This document shows positions 51,526 to 64,000 of a stretch of 64,000 nt of DNA, piece by piece. Positions within the stretch are counted from its first letter, which is position 1, and each line of letters starts with the position of its first letter. The stretch spans positions 30,876,001 to 30,940,000 of the forward strand of contig NC_042999.1 of the NCBI RefSeq assembly GCF_006345805.1, in the 5' to 3' direction. Below the pieces are notes generated by a model. That model was not told the DNA's origin, did no database searches, and saw nothing but the letters and a program-made list of their open reading frames with translations. Source of the stretch: Octopus sinensis (lineage: Eukaryota). Made by a program: the position numbers and the translations under genes.

Positions 51526-52265
51526 AGGCGTAGGAGTGGCTGTGTGGTAAGTAGCTTGCTTATGAACCACATGGTTGCAAGTTCAGTCCCACTGCATGGC
51601 ATCTTGGGCAAGTGTCTTCTACTATAGCCTTGGGCTGACCAATGACGGAAACTGAAAGAAGCCTCTCGTATATATGTATATATATATGTATGTGTGTGTA
51701 TGAAGGCACATGGCTCAGTGGTTAGAGCGTCGAGCTTACGATCGTGAGGTTGTGAGCTCGAATCCCGGACCGGGCTGCGTGTTGTGTTCTTGAGCAAGGC
51801 ACTTTATTTCACGTTACTCCAGTTCACTCAGCTGTAGAAATGAGTTGCGACGTCACTGGTGCCAAGCTGTATCGACCTTTGTCTTTCCCTTGGATAACAC
51901 TGGTGGCATGGAGAGGGGAGGCTGGTATGCATGGGTGACTGCTGGTCTTCCATAAACAACCTTGCCCAGACTTGTGTCTAGGAGGGTAACTTTCTAGGTG
52001 CAATCCCATGGTCATTCATGACCGAAGGGGGTCTTTACCTTTTATGTGTGTGTATGATTGTGTGTCTGTGTTTGTCCCCCTAGCATTGCTTGACAACTGA
52101 TGCTGGTGTGTTTACGTCCCCGTCACTTAGCAATTCGGCAAAAGAGACCGATAGAATAAGTACTGGGCTTACAAAGAATAAGTCCCGGGTTCGATTTGCT
52201 TGACTAAAGGCTGTGCTCCAGCATGGCCGCAATCAAATGACTGAAGCAAGTAAAAGAGTAAAGAG
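51526..52265 (+). mobile_element. SINE family B interrupted by a full-length family C SINE (51702-52042)
   Basis: B head at 51526-51700 and B body/tail at 52045-52265; the insert has A box TGGCTCAGTGG and B box GCTCGAATCC. Confidence 0.9.
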
Positions 52266-53236
52266 AAATATATGTGGGTGTGTGTATATATTTGTATCTG
52301 GTTGCCTGCATGTATATGTAATAATGAATGTACATAAGTTTCCACAATGTGTTTACAGCTGTCAGCTCATGCACATTTGATTTATACATACACCCCACTC
52401 CATGCAGCTTCTACATACTTCCAGCAAATTCCTTATATTATGAGCTGGGGCTGAGTTAAGGCCAAAGTAAAAAGTACTTGCCTATAATTACTTGCAGTGG
52501 GATCAAACCTGATTGTGAAATGTATTTCTTAAACCTTTCATTACCATATTTCTCTTGGAATGCAGCTGTTTCTGTTAAATTTGGGATCAATAGAAAATTT
52601 AGTAAAATAACTTCATTATTATTAACATGGTGATTCGAACATAGAGCCTGAATTTTGGCACAAGGCTAGCACTTTTGAGGGAGGGATTAGGGCTCATCTA
52701 GTATGTATTTAATCACCCCAGTGGTCTACAGGTTCTTGTTTTATCAACATTGTAAAGATGAGAGGTAAAATCAACATCAGCTGTATTTGAACTAAGAATG
52801 TAAGGATGGCCGAAATGCTTACCAACATTTCATCCAGCATGCAAATGATTCTGATAGCTGGCCACATTGATAGGAACTTAAATTAACATAAAATTTTGAT
52901 GGAAGATTTTAACAGAGAACATTTTTAAACAGAAAATTTGTACCATGGAACTAGTGTCGGTCTTGAACAGGTTGGTATCAAATGGTTAAACATTCAACTA
53001 TAATGCATTTGTATATGTGTGTATCTGTATGCTTGTCCATGTCTGTTTGTGTGTCTTTATGTGTGTACATGGGCATGTCTTAATATTTTATTATTTTCAA
53101 AGATATGATGTTAGTTGAAGGAACAAAATCTAAAATTATAGAATGTTTTAAACTGAAAATTACTTATAAATGAGTATAATTATGTTAATAATTTTGTCTA
53201 TGCACCACAAGTCTTCTTGTTCTAGGAGTACATCAT

Positions 53237-54005
53237 ATTTTCTGCTAGAACATTTCTCTTTAAACACAGTCAGACATCATTGTTTTAAGCATCTGTTCTT
53301 TATAATTTCCACCTTTTAATGCGCGCTTGTGCAGTGCATGCTGCAAAATTTATTTGAAGGATTTATGCAATGTATCAAATTTTTTATGAGCATTCATGTG
53401 AGGTACCTTAATCTATGGCCAAGTTTAACATTATTGCTGGGTTGATCAGAGACACTGTTTTGTAACAATTTTTCTGATTTATCTCTGATTTAAAATATAT
53501 ATTTCTTTAGTACCCACAAGGGGCTAAACACAGAGGGGACAAACAAGGACAGACAAATGGATTAAGTCGATTACATCGACCCCAGTATGTAACTGGTACT
53601 TAATTTATCAACCCCGAAAGGATGAAAGGCAAAGTCGACCGCAGCGGAATTTGAACTCAGCACGCAGCGGCGGACGAAATACCACAAAGCATTCAGCCCG
53701 GCATGCTAACGTTTCTGCCAGCTCGCCACCTTATCAATCAGATTTTCTGCCAGAACATTTCTCTTTAAACACAGTCAGACGTCATTGTTTTAAGCATCTG
53801 TTCTTTAGAATTTCCACCTTTTAATGCGCGCTTGTGCAATGCATGCTGCAAAATTTATTTGAAGGATTTATGCAATGTATCAAATTTTCTATGTGCATTC
53901 ATGTGAGGTACCTTAATCTATGGCCAAGTTTAGCATTATTGCCAGGTTGATCAGAGTGATTGTTTTGTAATTATTTTTCTGATTTATCTCTGCTTTAGCA
54001 TATAT
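53237..54005. repeat. ~265-bp direct repeat pair separated by a minus-strand SINE family A (~53508-53733)
   Basis: attttctgc.agaacatttctctttaaacacagtcagac...ctgatttatctctg at 53237-53500 and 53742-54005. Confidence 0.9.
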
Positions 54006-54915
54006 ACATATATATATATATATAAATATATGCAATTGTACCTACAGTTGCAGCAATGCGCTCTAGTTATTTACAAACCATATCCGCTGCCACCAATAGG
54101 CTGTGGGCATGCCCTTCCTTCAGTCAGTAAGCCATAAGCAGTTGTTTATTTGCCCCTTATTTATTGGCAATCTTATGGTTGATTGTGCATTTACCATGGT
54201 TGCGCAAAAGCATCGCAAAAGCATTGCGCAAAAATAAAAACAAGAATTATTCATTGCAATGCTGATGGTGCACACCACAGACACTGCAATGGTGATAAAA
54301 CTAAGAAACATCGATGTCATGTAGTTAGTATTCCATTTTATTTCTTGCTGCAGAATTAGAGAAGAGAAACAATAAAATAAATAAATAAATAGATGAAGAA
54401 CAAAAAAGAGCAGAGGTCAAACCAAAAATCCCACAAAATAAACACAGAGAGAATTTTCATTAAATAGAAAGTGGAAAAAAAGTAGAAAAACAGAAGATAT
54501 CAGGAGATTTTCAGAAGTTTAACGACATATCTCTTACAACCATTTTCAATCTTAAAAATTCATTACTGCTCAATTAATTTCATATTAGCGAATTTGTTGA
54601 TTTTTCAGACATTCATTCTTCAATTTTTCTGTAATTTTTTTTTTGTTTGTTTTCCATTGAAGAAACTTGTGAAACAGGGAACACGATTAACTAATGTATG
54701 GCCAATATACAAAATAAACGGACACATGCTCTAAGTACTGAGTTCAATTTTGTTACTGTTCATTTTAGACTTTCATTGAAGACACATGCATACCAGTTAT
54801 ATATGGGAATATATTCACGTGTGTGTATATATGTGTATATATATATATATATACATCTACATATCTATCTATATATGTGTGTCGCTGTGTGTGTGTGTAT
54901 CTATCTATCTATCTA

Positions 54916-54956
<41 letters not shown>

Positions 54957-55459
54957 GCACACACACGCTCACGCACACATACATGTGTGTGTATGCATAA
55001 CTCTATGTATATTGAAAGATTTGGTATTAAAAGCAGGTTACATAAAACTCAAAACATGAGTAGACATATTTTTAAATCATTTAATTAGCAGCAGTTAAAA
55101 TGTGATACACACACCGAGAGTTTTCTATATGGTACTCATAATATTCCTTCAAATTATTGGAGCCAACTTTCATGTAGATTCAACTAAAGTTATCTATGGA
55201 TTGTTCATGAAGCAAAATCAAACTTGGAGTGTCATGTGAATAACGTGTACATTTTCAAATATGCTTCCCATTAATGAGTTCATTTAAAAGTAATATAATT
55301 ATTTTAATTTAACTCATTAGTGGGCAGTCTATGTAAAACGAGAATCCCAGATTCTGAAGGTGTCTGAGAAGAGCCATGCATGAAACTTTCAGTACTTAAG
55401 TCACGTTGCAACTTCTACTAATTATCTATCTTCCTTTCTATTTACCAATCCATCTACAT

Positions 55460-55496
55460 AAATATATATATATGTATGGATATAGATTCATATATG

Positions 55497-55545
<49 letters not shown>

Positions 55546-55584
55546 ATGTATGTATATGTATATGTATGTATATGTATGTATATG

Positions 55585-55622
<38 letters not shown>

Positions 55623-55870
55623 TGTAAATATATATATAAGTATATATGTATATATATATATATGTATGTATATATATATATATATTATATATATATATAT
55701 ATATATATGATGTTAATTTATGTGTAGTTGTATGTAGATGTATGTATATACATAGATATACATTATATATATATATATATAGTATGCATTCCATGTATGT
55801 GTGTGGATGTACTTCTATGCATGTATATCTATCTATCCACATATATATAATATATATATATAACTAAACT
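55460..55870. repeat. (TA)n/(TATG)n block
   Basis: Directly visible. Confidence 0.95.
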
Positions 55871-56130
55871 GTACCACCATCCCCAATTTTGAGGTGTCTG
55901 TTATCTCTCTCCATGAAACTAAGCTCCTTCTCATCTATCTCACACTTTCCAATTAATCCTTTACCATTTTGTTTTGGAACACCCTCTCACATATACCATC
56001 GATAGTCCACGCCCTGACCCATTTCTCCCTTTCTTGCTCTGAATCACCTTGTATTTAGGACAAAAGTGTAAAATGTAGGTAAAACTGTATCTGATACTAC
56101 ACTACTGTATTTTGTAAGTTCTTCTAGGCA

Positions 56131-56202
<72 letters not shown>

Positions 56203-56204
<2 letters not shown>

Positions 56205-56384
56205 TACACTCTCGAAGTGGACTACACTCTCGGAGTGGTTGGCGTAAGGAAGGGCATCCAGCTGTGGAAACTCTGCCAGATCAGATTGGAGCCTGGTGCA
56301 GCCATCTGCTTCGCCAGTTCTCAGTCAAATTGTCCAACCCATGCTAGCATGGAAAGCGGACGTTAAATGATGATGATGATGATG
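56203..56384 (+). mobile_element. RTE-type 3' tail with (GAT)n
   Basis: ctacactctcggagtggttggcgtaaggaagggcatccagctg...ccaacccatgctagcatggaaagcggacgttaaatgatgatgat. Confidence 0.9.
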
Positions 56385-57107
56385 TATAATTATATGTGTG
56401 TGTTTGCTATGCAATGATAAGCAGCATTACTGATTGCCTGTTATTGATTAATCTGCCTTGTTTTATCAAGCCAATACTGCCTGATCACCTGCTGATTATA
56501 TTCAATGTAAATTTGTTGCATGACATCAGAATGCATATTGTATTATTATAGGTAATATTTACTTCATAATTATCATAATTATCTTGCTATTCTTTGAGAT
56601 TACATGATAATAGATGTAGGCTTATTCTACCTTGGTTTCTGCTTTTTATTTTCCATTTAAGCTGTCATTTAATTCCACAGCCTTCTACACACTCCAAGTC
56701 TACATCTACACACAGGTTTTTTTTTTTGTTAAATCATTTTGTGGTTATAACAAAAAGCATGTATAATATGAATACATTTTTTATTCCTTTTTTACTTGTA
56801 TAGTCATTTGATTGTGGCCATGCTAGAGCACTGCTATGAGGGGTTTTAGTCGAACAAATCAACATCAGGAATTAATTTTTAAAGCTTGTGTGTCTCCTTG
56901 GGCAAGTGTCTTCTATTAAAGCCTCATGTTTACCAAAGTCTTGTAAGTGAAGTTGATAGATGGAGACAGAAGGAAGCCCAGTGTGTGTGTGTGTGTGCAT
57001 TTGTGCATGTGCTTTTGTGTGGGTTTTGTGTTTGACCTCACCACCACTTAACAACTGGTGGTTGTTTAAAGCTTCATAATATAGCATGGTTGGCAAGAGA
57101 AACCAAA

Positions 57108-57340
57108 AGGCGGTGAGCTGGCAGAAATGTTACCATACCGGGTGAAATCCTTAGTTGTATTTCGTCTGCCATGATGTTCTGAGTTCAAATTCCACCGAGG
57201 TCGACTTTGCCTTTCATCCTTTCGGGGTTGATAAATTAAGTACCATTTACACACTGGGGTCGATGTTATTGACTTAATCCCTTTGACTGGCCTTATTTGT
57301 CTCCACTATGTTTAACCCCTTGTGGGCAATAAAGAAATAA
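57108..57340 (+). mobile_element. SINE family A
   Basis: aggcggtgagctggcagaaatgtt...gtcgactttgcctttcatcctttcggggttgataaattaagtacc. Confidence 0.85.
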
Positions 57341-57547
57341 GAGAAGCCAATAGAATGAGTACCAGGCCTAGAAACTAAGTCCAGGTGTCGATTTGTGTGA
57401 CCAAAACACTACAACGTTGTGCCCCAACATGATGACAGTCAAATGACTGAAACAAATGATAGATAAAAGATATTAGTTACTTGTTATTTCACCTTATCCT
57501 CTTTACGCTCTTGAACTCATGAATCATGGTCTCAGGACTCTTGTGCT

Positions 57548-57763
57548 CTTTGTTACTTGTTTCAGTCATTTGACTGTGGCCATGCTGGAGCACCGCCTTT
57601 AGTCGAGCAAATCGACCCCAGGACTTATTCTTTGTAAGCCCAGTACTTATTCTCTCAGTCTCTTTTGCCGGGCCGCTAAGTGACGGGAACGTAAACACAC
57701 AAGCATCGGTTGTCAAGTGATGTTGGAGTGGGGGGGACAAACATAGACACACAACCTTATACA

Positions 57764-57807
<44 letters not shown>

Positions 57808-57980
57808 TATATATATACGACAGACTTCTTTCAGTTTCCGTCTACAAATCCACTCACAAGGCTTTGGTCGGCCTGAGGCTATAGTAGAAGACACTTGCCC
57901 AAGGTGCTATGCAGTAGGACTGAACCCAGAACCATGCGGTTCATAAGCAAACTACTTACCACACAGCCACTCCTATGCCT
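57548..57980 (-). mobile_element. SINE family B, full length
   Basis: Reverse complement of the 34997-35400 family. Confidence 0.9.
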
Positions 57981-58523
57981 ATAAGAAAGTGCTCAATTCC
58001 CAATCCTGATTGTAAGGATGTCATCGATTTTTGCATAAGAATATTAAGGGACTAGGATTATTTAAAAATGGAAAATTTTTGAATATTCGAATAGTTTCAA
58101 GGGGCACAAGTATAATAGTGAGATTACAGATTTTGCTTTGTGACCATGAAGTTTGGAGTTTAACCTCATTATGCAAAACTTTGGGTAAGTATTATCTATT
58201 ACAAACCTAATCTAACCAAACTGTATAAGGGAATTTGATAAATGAAAACTGTGTGAAACCTAGCTGTATCTACATATACATGTGTATGTTTTTGTGTTAC
58301 TCCCCAAACATTGCTTGATGTATGGAGCTGCTTTCTTTACATCACCATAAACTAGCAGTTCAGATGGAAGCAATAAGTACCAGGTTTACAAAGATATATA
58401 AATTCTGTGAGCAATTTCTCCAAAATCATATGTCAGGATGGCTGCTGTCCACCGACTGAAACAAGTAAGAGATAAAAACATTAACAAAAATCAAAAACGA
58501 AAAATCTATTGCTAGTTTATATA

Positions 58524-58912
58524 GGCATAGGAGTGGCTGTGTGGTAAGTAGTTTGCTTACCAACCACATGGGTCCAGGTTCAGTCCCACTGTGTGGCACC
58601 TTGGACAAGTGTCTTCTACTGTAGCCTCGGGCCGACTAAAGCCTTATGAGTGGATTTAGTAAGCAGAAACTGAAAGAAGCCCGTTGTACATATGTGTGTG
58701 TGTGTTCGTATGTATGTGTTTATCCCCCCAACATCGCTTGATAACCGATGCTAGTGTGTTTACGTCCCCGTAATTTAGCAGTTCAGCAAAAGAGACCGAT
58801 AGAATAAGTACTAGGCTTACAAAGAATAAGTCCTGGGGTCGATTTGCTCGACTAAAGGCGGTGCTCCAGCATGGCCCCAGTCAAAATGACTGAAACAAGT
58901 AAAAGAGTAAAA
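58524..58912 (+). mobile_element. SINE family B, full length
   Basis: aggcataggagtggctgtgtggtaag...gactgaaacaagtaaaagag. Confidence 0.9.
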
Positions 58913-59650
58913 CAGTATAATTATATAAATGAATTCCCTTTAAAAATATTAATTCAATACATTCTGTGAAGAGATTAGAAGGGTATCACATTTATGTTGG
59001 CAACCTTTTAACTATGGAGAGTAGCATCTTCGTGCAGCAGTACTTAGTAATTTTACGTTAGGTAAATCAGTAAAATCAAACACTGAGAATAGGATAAGAT
59101 TAAAATTGTAGCTTAGATTCTTTGTGCTATGTTTCATAAGTTGAATCAGTTGTGTCTTGTAACTATTGCTGTCACTCATTAAATAATTGTGCTGGCACAT
59201 GAACTGAATATCAAAAGTGCTTAACACACCCGAATTTCAATACTAACTAATTAGCAAACTGGAAGGTGTGGACCTATATTTATGTGTGTATGAGTGTATG
59301 TATTAATGTATTATATGTATGAATGTGTCTGTACCTGTATTTATGCTTATACATCTATGTTTATGAATACGCATGCTTAGCTACAAATTTATATAGGTAA
59401 AACTATGTGTGTATACACACACACACACATATATATATATATATTGTATATATATATATCATGCATATTATTTATATATATATATATATGTGGTGTATAT
59501 ATATATAAATATATTGTACATATGATATATATATATGTATGTATGTGTGTGTGTATATAAATATATATATAGACAGAGAGACAGGCAGACAGAGAGACGG
59601 CAGATGTACATATATATGTATATCACTGTATCTCTGTTTCTATCTATCTA

Positions 59651-59766
<116 letters not shown>

Positions 59767-60239
59767 GGGTGTATGTATGCATATAATCATCATTAACTTC
59801 ATCACCATCATCATATTAATATCCAGCTCTCCTTCCACCCATGTAAGTGGCAGAATTCATTGAAGCACACATTCCAAAGTCAGATACCTTTCTTCTCACC
59901 AACGCTGACCTTTTTCCAAGCAAGCTAGCATTTATTGTTTGAATATTTTCCCAAAGAAGATGGGAAATGAAGGATGCCACCTGCATAAATGTGACTCTCA
60001 TTGACAAGGTGACACAAGCATACGCACACACACACATGTATGTTCTCTCAATCATTCATATATAATGGGTCATCCTGTTAATGTTGGGTTTTCTCAATTA
60101 CATGAACTAAAACTTGGATGGGGAAAGAATAACCTACCTGCATTAACTTTCTATGAAAGCAGGTAGTAATTTTACCTTGTGCTTATTCTTAATGCAAGTT
60201 TTGAATAGTGCTGTTCGATTTTATCAGTTAGTTTTTCAA

Positions 60240-60930
60240 ACCTGTAAAGGAAGTCCAAAGGAGCATATTTTGCTTTATGAGTTCAATAAAGGCAACAACA
60301 GAACAGAAAGTGTGAGAAATATTACTGCAGTATGTAGAAGTCAGACAATAAGCACAAGCCAGTGTCAACTGTGGTTCCAGACATTCTGAGCTAGAAACTG
60401 CAGCCTTGGAGACAAGCATCATCTGGGAAAAATCTGCAGAGCTTGATGAGGACAGCCTGCAAAATTTGATGGAACAAAATACCATTGTAAAGAGAAGTTT
60501 AGATTTGGTCATTTTACAATTCATCGACACCAGCCTGCCATCAGGAAATTCAGCAAATAGGTCAATAAGTGCTTCATAAACATTCCAAGATTTATCGCAA
60601 AGCCACATACACCTAGGATGATATTCCAAAGTCAGGGTCAGTTTCTTATGGGAAATGGTGCCCCGCACACCATATTCACCAAACAGTGCCCCATCTAATT
60701 ATCGTTTCTTGCGCAGTCTTCAAAATCATTTCTTCCCAAAGAATATGATTTCTGTACACAAGTTCAGAACAGTAGTTGAAGAGTATTTCTCATAGCTTGC
60801 AAGTGAATTTTGAAAGTGGGGCCTTGCAAATCTATGAGATAGATAGACTATGAAGAATATTATAGAATATGAAGAACTGTATATATTAGATTGACAAAGA
60901 AATTTGTTCATCTTAATTTTGAAAAATAGA
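60240..60930 (+). mobile_element. Internally deleted mariner transposase relic
   Basis: EHILLYEFNKGNNRTESVRNITAV..SQTIS.SQCQLWFQTF (HTH) joined to PYSPNSAPSNYRFLRSLQNHF (YSPDLAPSD motif decayed); the central catalytic part is missing. Confidence 0.85.
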
Positions 60931-61357
60931 AATATATATATGTGTGTGTATATATATGTACATCAACATATGTACATATATATACGGTATGCAACGATCC
61001 ACTATTAATTTCTTGATGTATTCCAAACAAATTGGGAAGTAAATGAAATGTATGAATATATATTACTATATTTTGGTTTCAATATATTCATATTATTATT
61101 AATGTAATGATACATATATATATGCTCATAAAATGTATTTCCCTTGTAGTAGTGAAACAACTGTAACTATAGAATTAAATATACCATAAATTCCAGTTAT
61201 AATTCAATGAATGTATGAATCTGATGTAGTAGCAGTAAAAATACATATGTGACACCAGACTCTTATATTTTGTGTGATACATTTATCTAACTTTAGCATG
61301 GGGTATGCATGTCACAACTTGAGTTGTCTAAATTTTATTACCACTTCTTGATAAGGA

Positions 61358-61363
61358 TATAAT

Positions 61364-61438
<75 letters not shown>

Positions 61439-61613
61439 GATATATATATATATATTATATATACATATATAAATAATATATATATAAATAATATATATAT
61501 ATATATGCATACATATATATATATACTTATATATATACATATACATATATAAATACATATATATATTACATATAAATACTTATATATATATATATACACG
61601 TATATAAATATAT

Positions 61614-61652
<39 letters not shown>

Positions 61653-61771
61653 TATATGTATATATATATATATGCATATATGTACATATGTACATATGTA
61701 CATATGTACATATGCATATATATACATATATATATGTATATATATATATATAATATATATACATATACATA

Positions 61772-61821
<50 letters not shown>

Positions 61822-61860
61822 TATATGTATATATATATATATTATATATATATATACTCC
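61358..61860. repeat. (TA)n block with (TGTACATA)n sub-array
   Basis: Directly visible. Confidence 0.95.
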
Positions 61861-62149
61861 ACCACTTGCATTATATTTATTCACCTTATTGTACCATCAG
61901 ACCTATACATGTAGCATTTATTTATTTGTATAAAGATACACATTCACAAACAAACTCTGATACACATTTGCATACTTGTTTGAAGAAGCAGCTGTGTGGT
62001 ACAGAAAACTTCAGCATAACGGGCAACTGGAATGGCCTAAATATAACATGACATTCTGTGTTTGTATTGTGTTCTTCTTCACATTCTTACATAACAGTTA
62101 ATGCTTGTGTGTTTGAATGTAGACACACTCATACATGCATTCACACATA

Positions 62150-62162
62150 TATGGTTTGTATG

Positions 62163-62198
<36 letters not shown>

Positions 62199-62550
62199 TG
62201 TATATATATATGTGTGTATATGTATTATATATGTATATAGATATATGTATATATATATATATATATATGTACATATATATATATATCATATATATATATA
62301 TATATATATATATGCATTTATGCATATATATGCATATGCATATACATATGTATAAATATATATAGACACATATACATACATGCATACATAGAGTATGCAT
62401 ATATATATATATTTTATATATATACATAGATATTGTATATGTGTGTAAGTATATATATATATACATACATATATATATATATATATTATATATATATATG
62501 TATATATTTATGCATATATATACACACACATACACACACAAATACATGTG
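62150..62550. repeat. (TA)n/(GA)n/(CA)n microsatellite block
   Basis: Directly visible. Confidence 0.95.
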
Positions 62551-62744
62551 CGTATACTGCTTTTCTGTATGAATATTAAATATACCGAATAAAGATAGTT
62601 ATGTGTAAGTCAAATATGTATGTATATATTTATATACACACACAAATGTTTATATATACACACACAGACATATCACAAAATAAATTTAGAAATAAAATAT
62701 ATAACAAATTATATTTAGTAGAGAAATTCTTTATACAAAGCAGG

Positions 62745-63400
62745 CTGTTGTGTTTTCCTTCTTTTTGTTTTTGTTTTTGTTATTTTCTTAAAATTATTTC
62801 ATCATTCAATAATGTCCTTTCTTTTTCTTCTCCTTCAAAGTTTCCTTCTTTCATTAAATTTCCTTCTCACATATTTCTTCTTTTGCTACAGTACATCCCT
62901 CATCCACACTTTCACTTCATTTCTGTTTCTTGTTTTGTTTTTTGTTATGGTTTTTACATTTTTATTTTTTCATTTTACATTTGTTTTTCTCTTAAGAAAA
63001 ATATTTTTTTTCATCTTGAAATTATTTAATTTTGTTTATCGTATTTTTGTGTTTTCTTTTCTGTTTTTGGTTATATTTTTTTTGTTTTATTTGAAGAAAT
63101 AGTGAGTAATGTCAAGAAAAATTAGAACATGCAAAAAGAAAGAAACCTATAAAAGAAATTCAAGCCACAATATACTAACACTAGTCAAAAAAAAATAATA
63201 ATGATAAATAAAAATGTAATAAAATAGTAATGATAATAATAATATTAGTAACAATAATATTAATAATAATAATGATAATAAAATATGTAAACGAATACAT
63301 ATAAAAAAAAAAAATAGAAAAGCAAAACATTTCTTTCTGAGCAAGACTTCTTTTTTTCTCTTTCTTTTTGCTTCTTTCTTACATTTTTTTTTTCTGTTTT
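62745..63400. repeat. T-rich then A-rich low-complexity tract
   Basis: Produces F/L-rich ORFs 62601..63029 and 62812..63102; no domain signal. Confidence 0.8.
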
Positions 63401-63726
63401 AGCATCTCCTTGTTCAACATTGACAACAAATTCTTCTACTTCATACTTGGCAGAGTATTTCAGAAAGTTTTCAAAGAAATTTGCAGCATTCGTAGAATAT
63501 TACCATTGATATTCCTTCAGTGAAAATATCACCATCATCATCATTATATGAGACTCTCTGAGTATATATTTTTTATATACACACAATTTGATAATTTCAA
63601 AATATCTTCAATTATAACCTTTCTTTGTGATTATAATATTTGTGTGACTTACTGATTTACTTAGCTGACACAATAGAGCTAAATGATACCCACAAGCACA
63701 GATACGTATATAGACACACACACACA

Positions 63727-63778
<52 letters not shown>

Positions 63779-64000
63779 TCATATACATATGAGCATACAT
63801 ACATTTCATAGATGGAATGGGTTATGTAATAGATGATTTACACAAAAGCCTAAGAATACTGGAGTATTCCAAGAAAGAGTGAAGCAAACAGATATCCACG
63901 ATGTATCCAAAAAATATCCGACTTTATTTTTTCCTGCCAAAACTAATGCCATGTTTGTAAAATCCTTTGTGGGAGAGGTTATGCTACCCTTCTTATGCAT

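Noticed and set aside
51702-51780. tRNA-like sequence with A and B boxes
   Set aside because: It is the head of a SINE that continues into a repeat body; there is no closed acceptor stem, so it is not a tRNA gene. The same applies to 8720-8797, 34997-35070 and 19011-19070.

Overview
Very AT-rich, repeat-saturated eukaryotic genomic DNA. The SINE/LINE families and extreme (TA)n/(CA)n microsatellite load most resemble an octopus/coleoid cephalopod genome (inference). No prokaryotic operons, rRNA, genuine tRNA or CRISPR arrays were found. Almost all ORFs in the supplied track are artefacts of microsatellites or repeats. Supportable content: (i) a Penelope-like (GIY-YIG) retroelement 3' end at the left edge, followed by an essentially intact type I hammerhead ribozyme motif (1309-1358), plus two further inverted-repeat loci carrying degenerate hammerhead motifs (35.5-36.6 kb, 46.9-47.6 kb); (ii) a degenerate Tx1/L1-type RT relic (11.5-12.5 kb) and a ~2.9 kb decayed RTE-type LINE (38.6-41.5 kb, minus) with several separate RTE 3' tails; (iii) four mariner transposase relics and several MITEs (mariner-, hAT-, piggyBac- and MULE-like, two carrying telomere-type CCCTAA arrays); (iv) two Helitron-like non-autonomous elements; (v) dozens of tRNA-derived SINEs of at least three families, some nested or tandem. 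CpG visibly drops right of ~38.5 kb, suggesting the right 25 kb lies in a methylated gene body. Only low-confidence candidate exons could be proposed and no host gene could be named.
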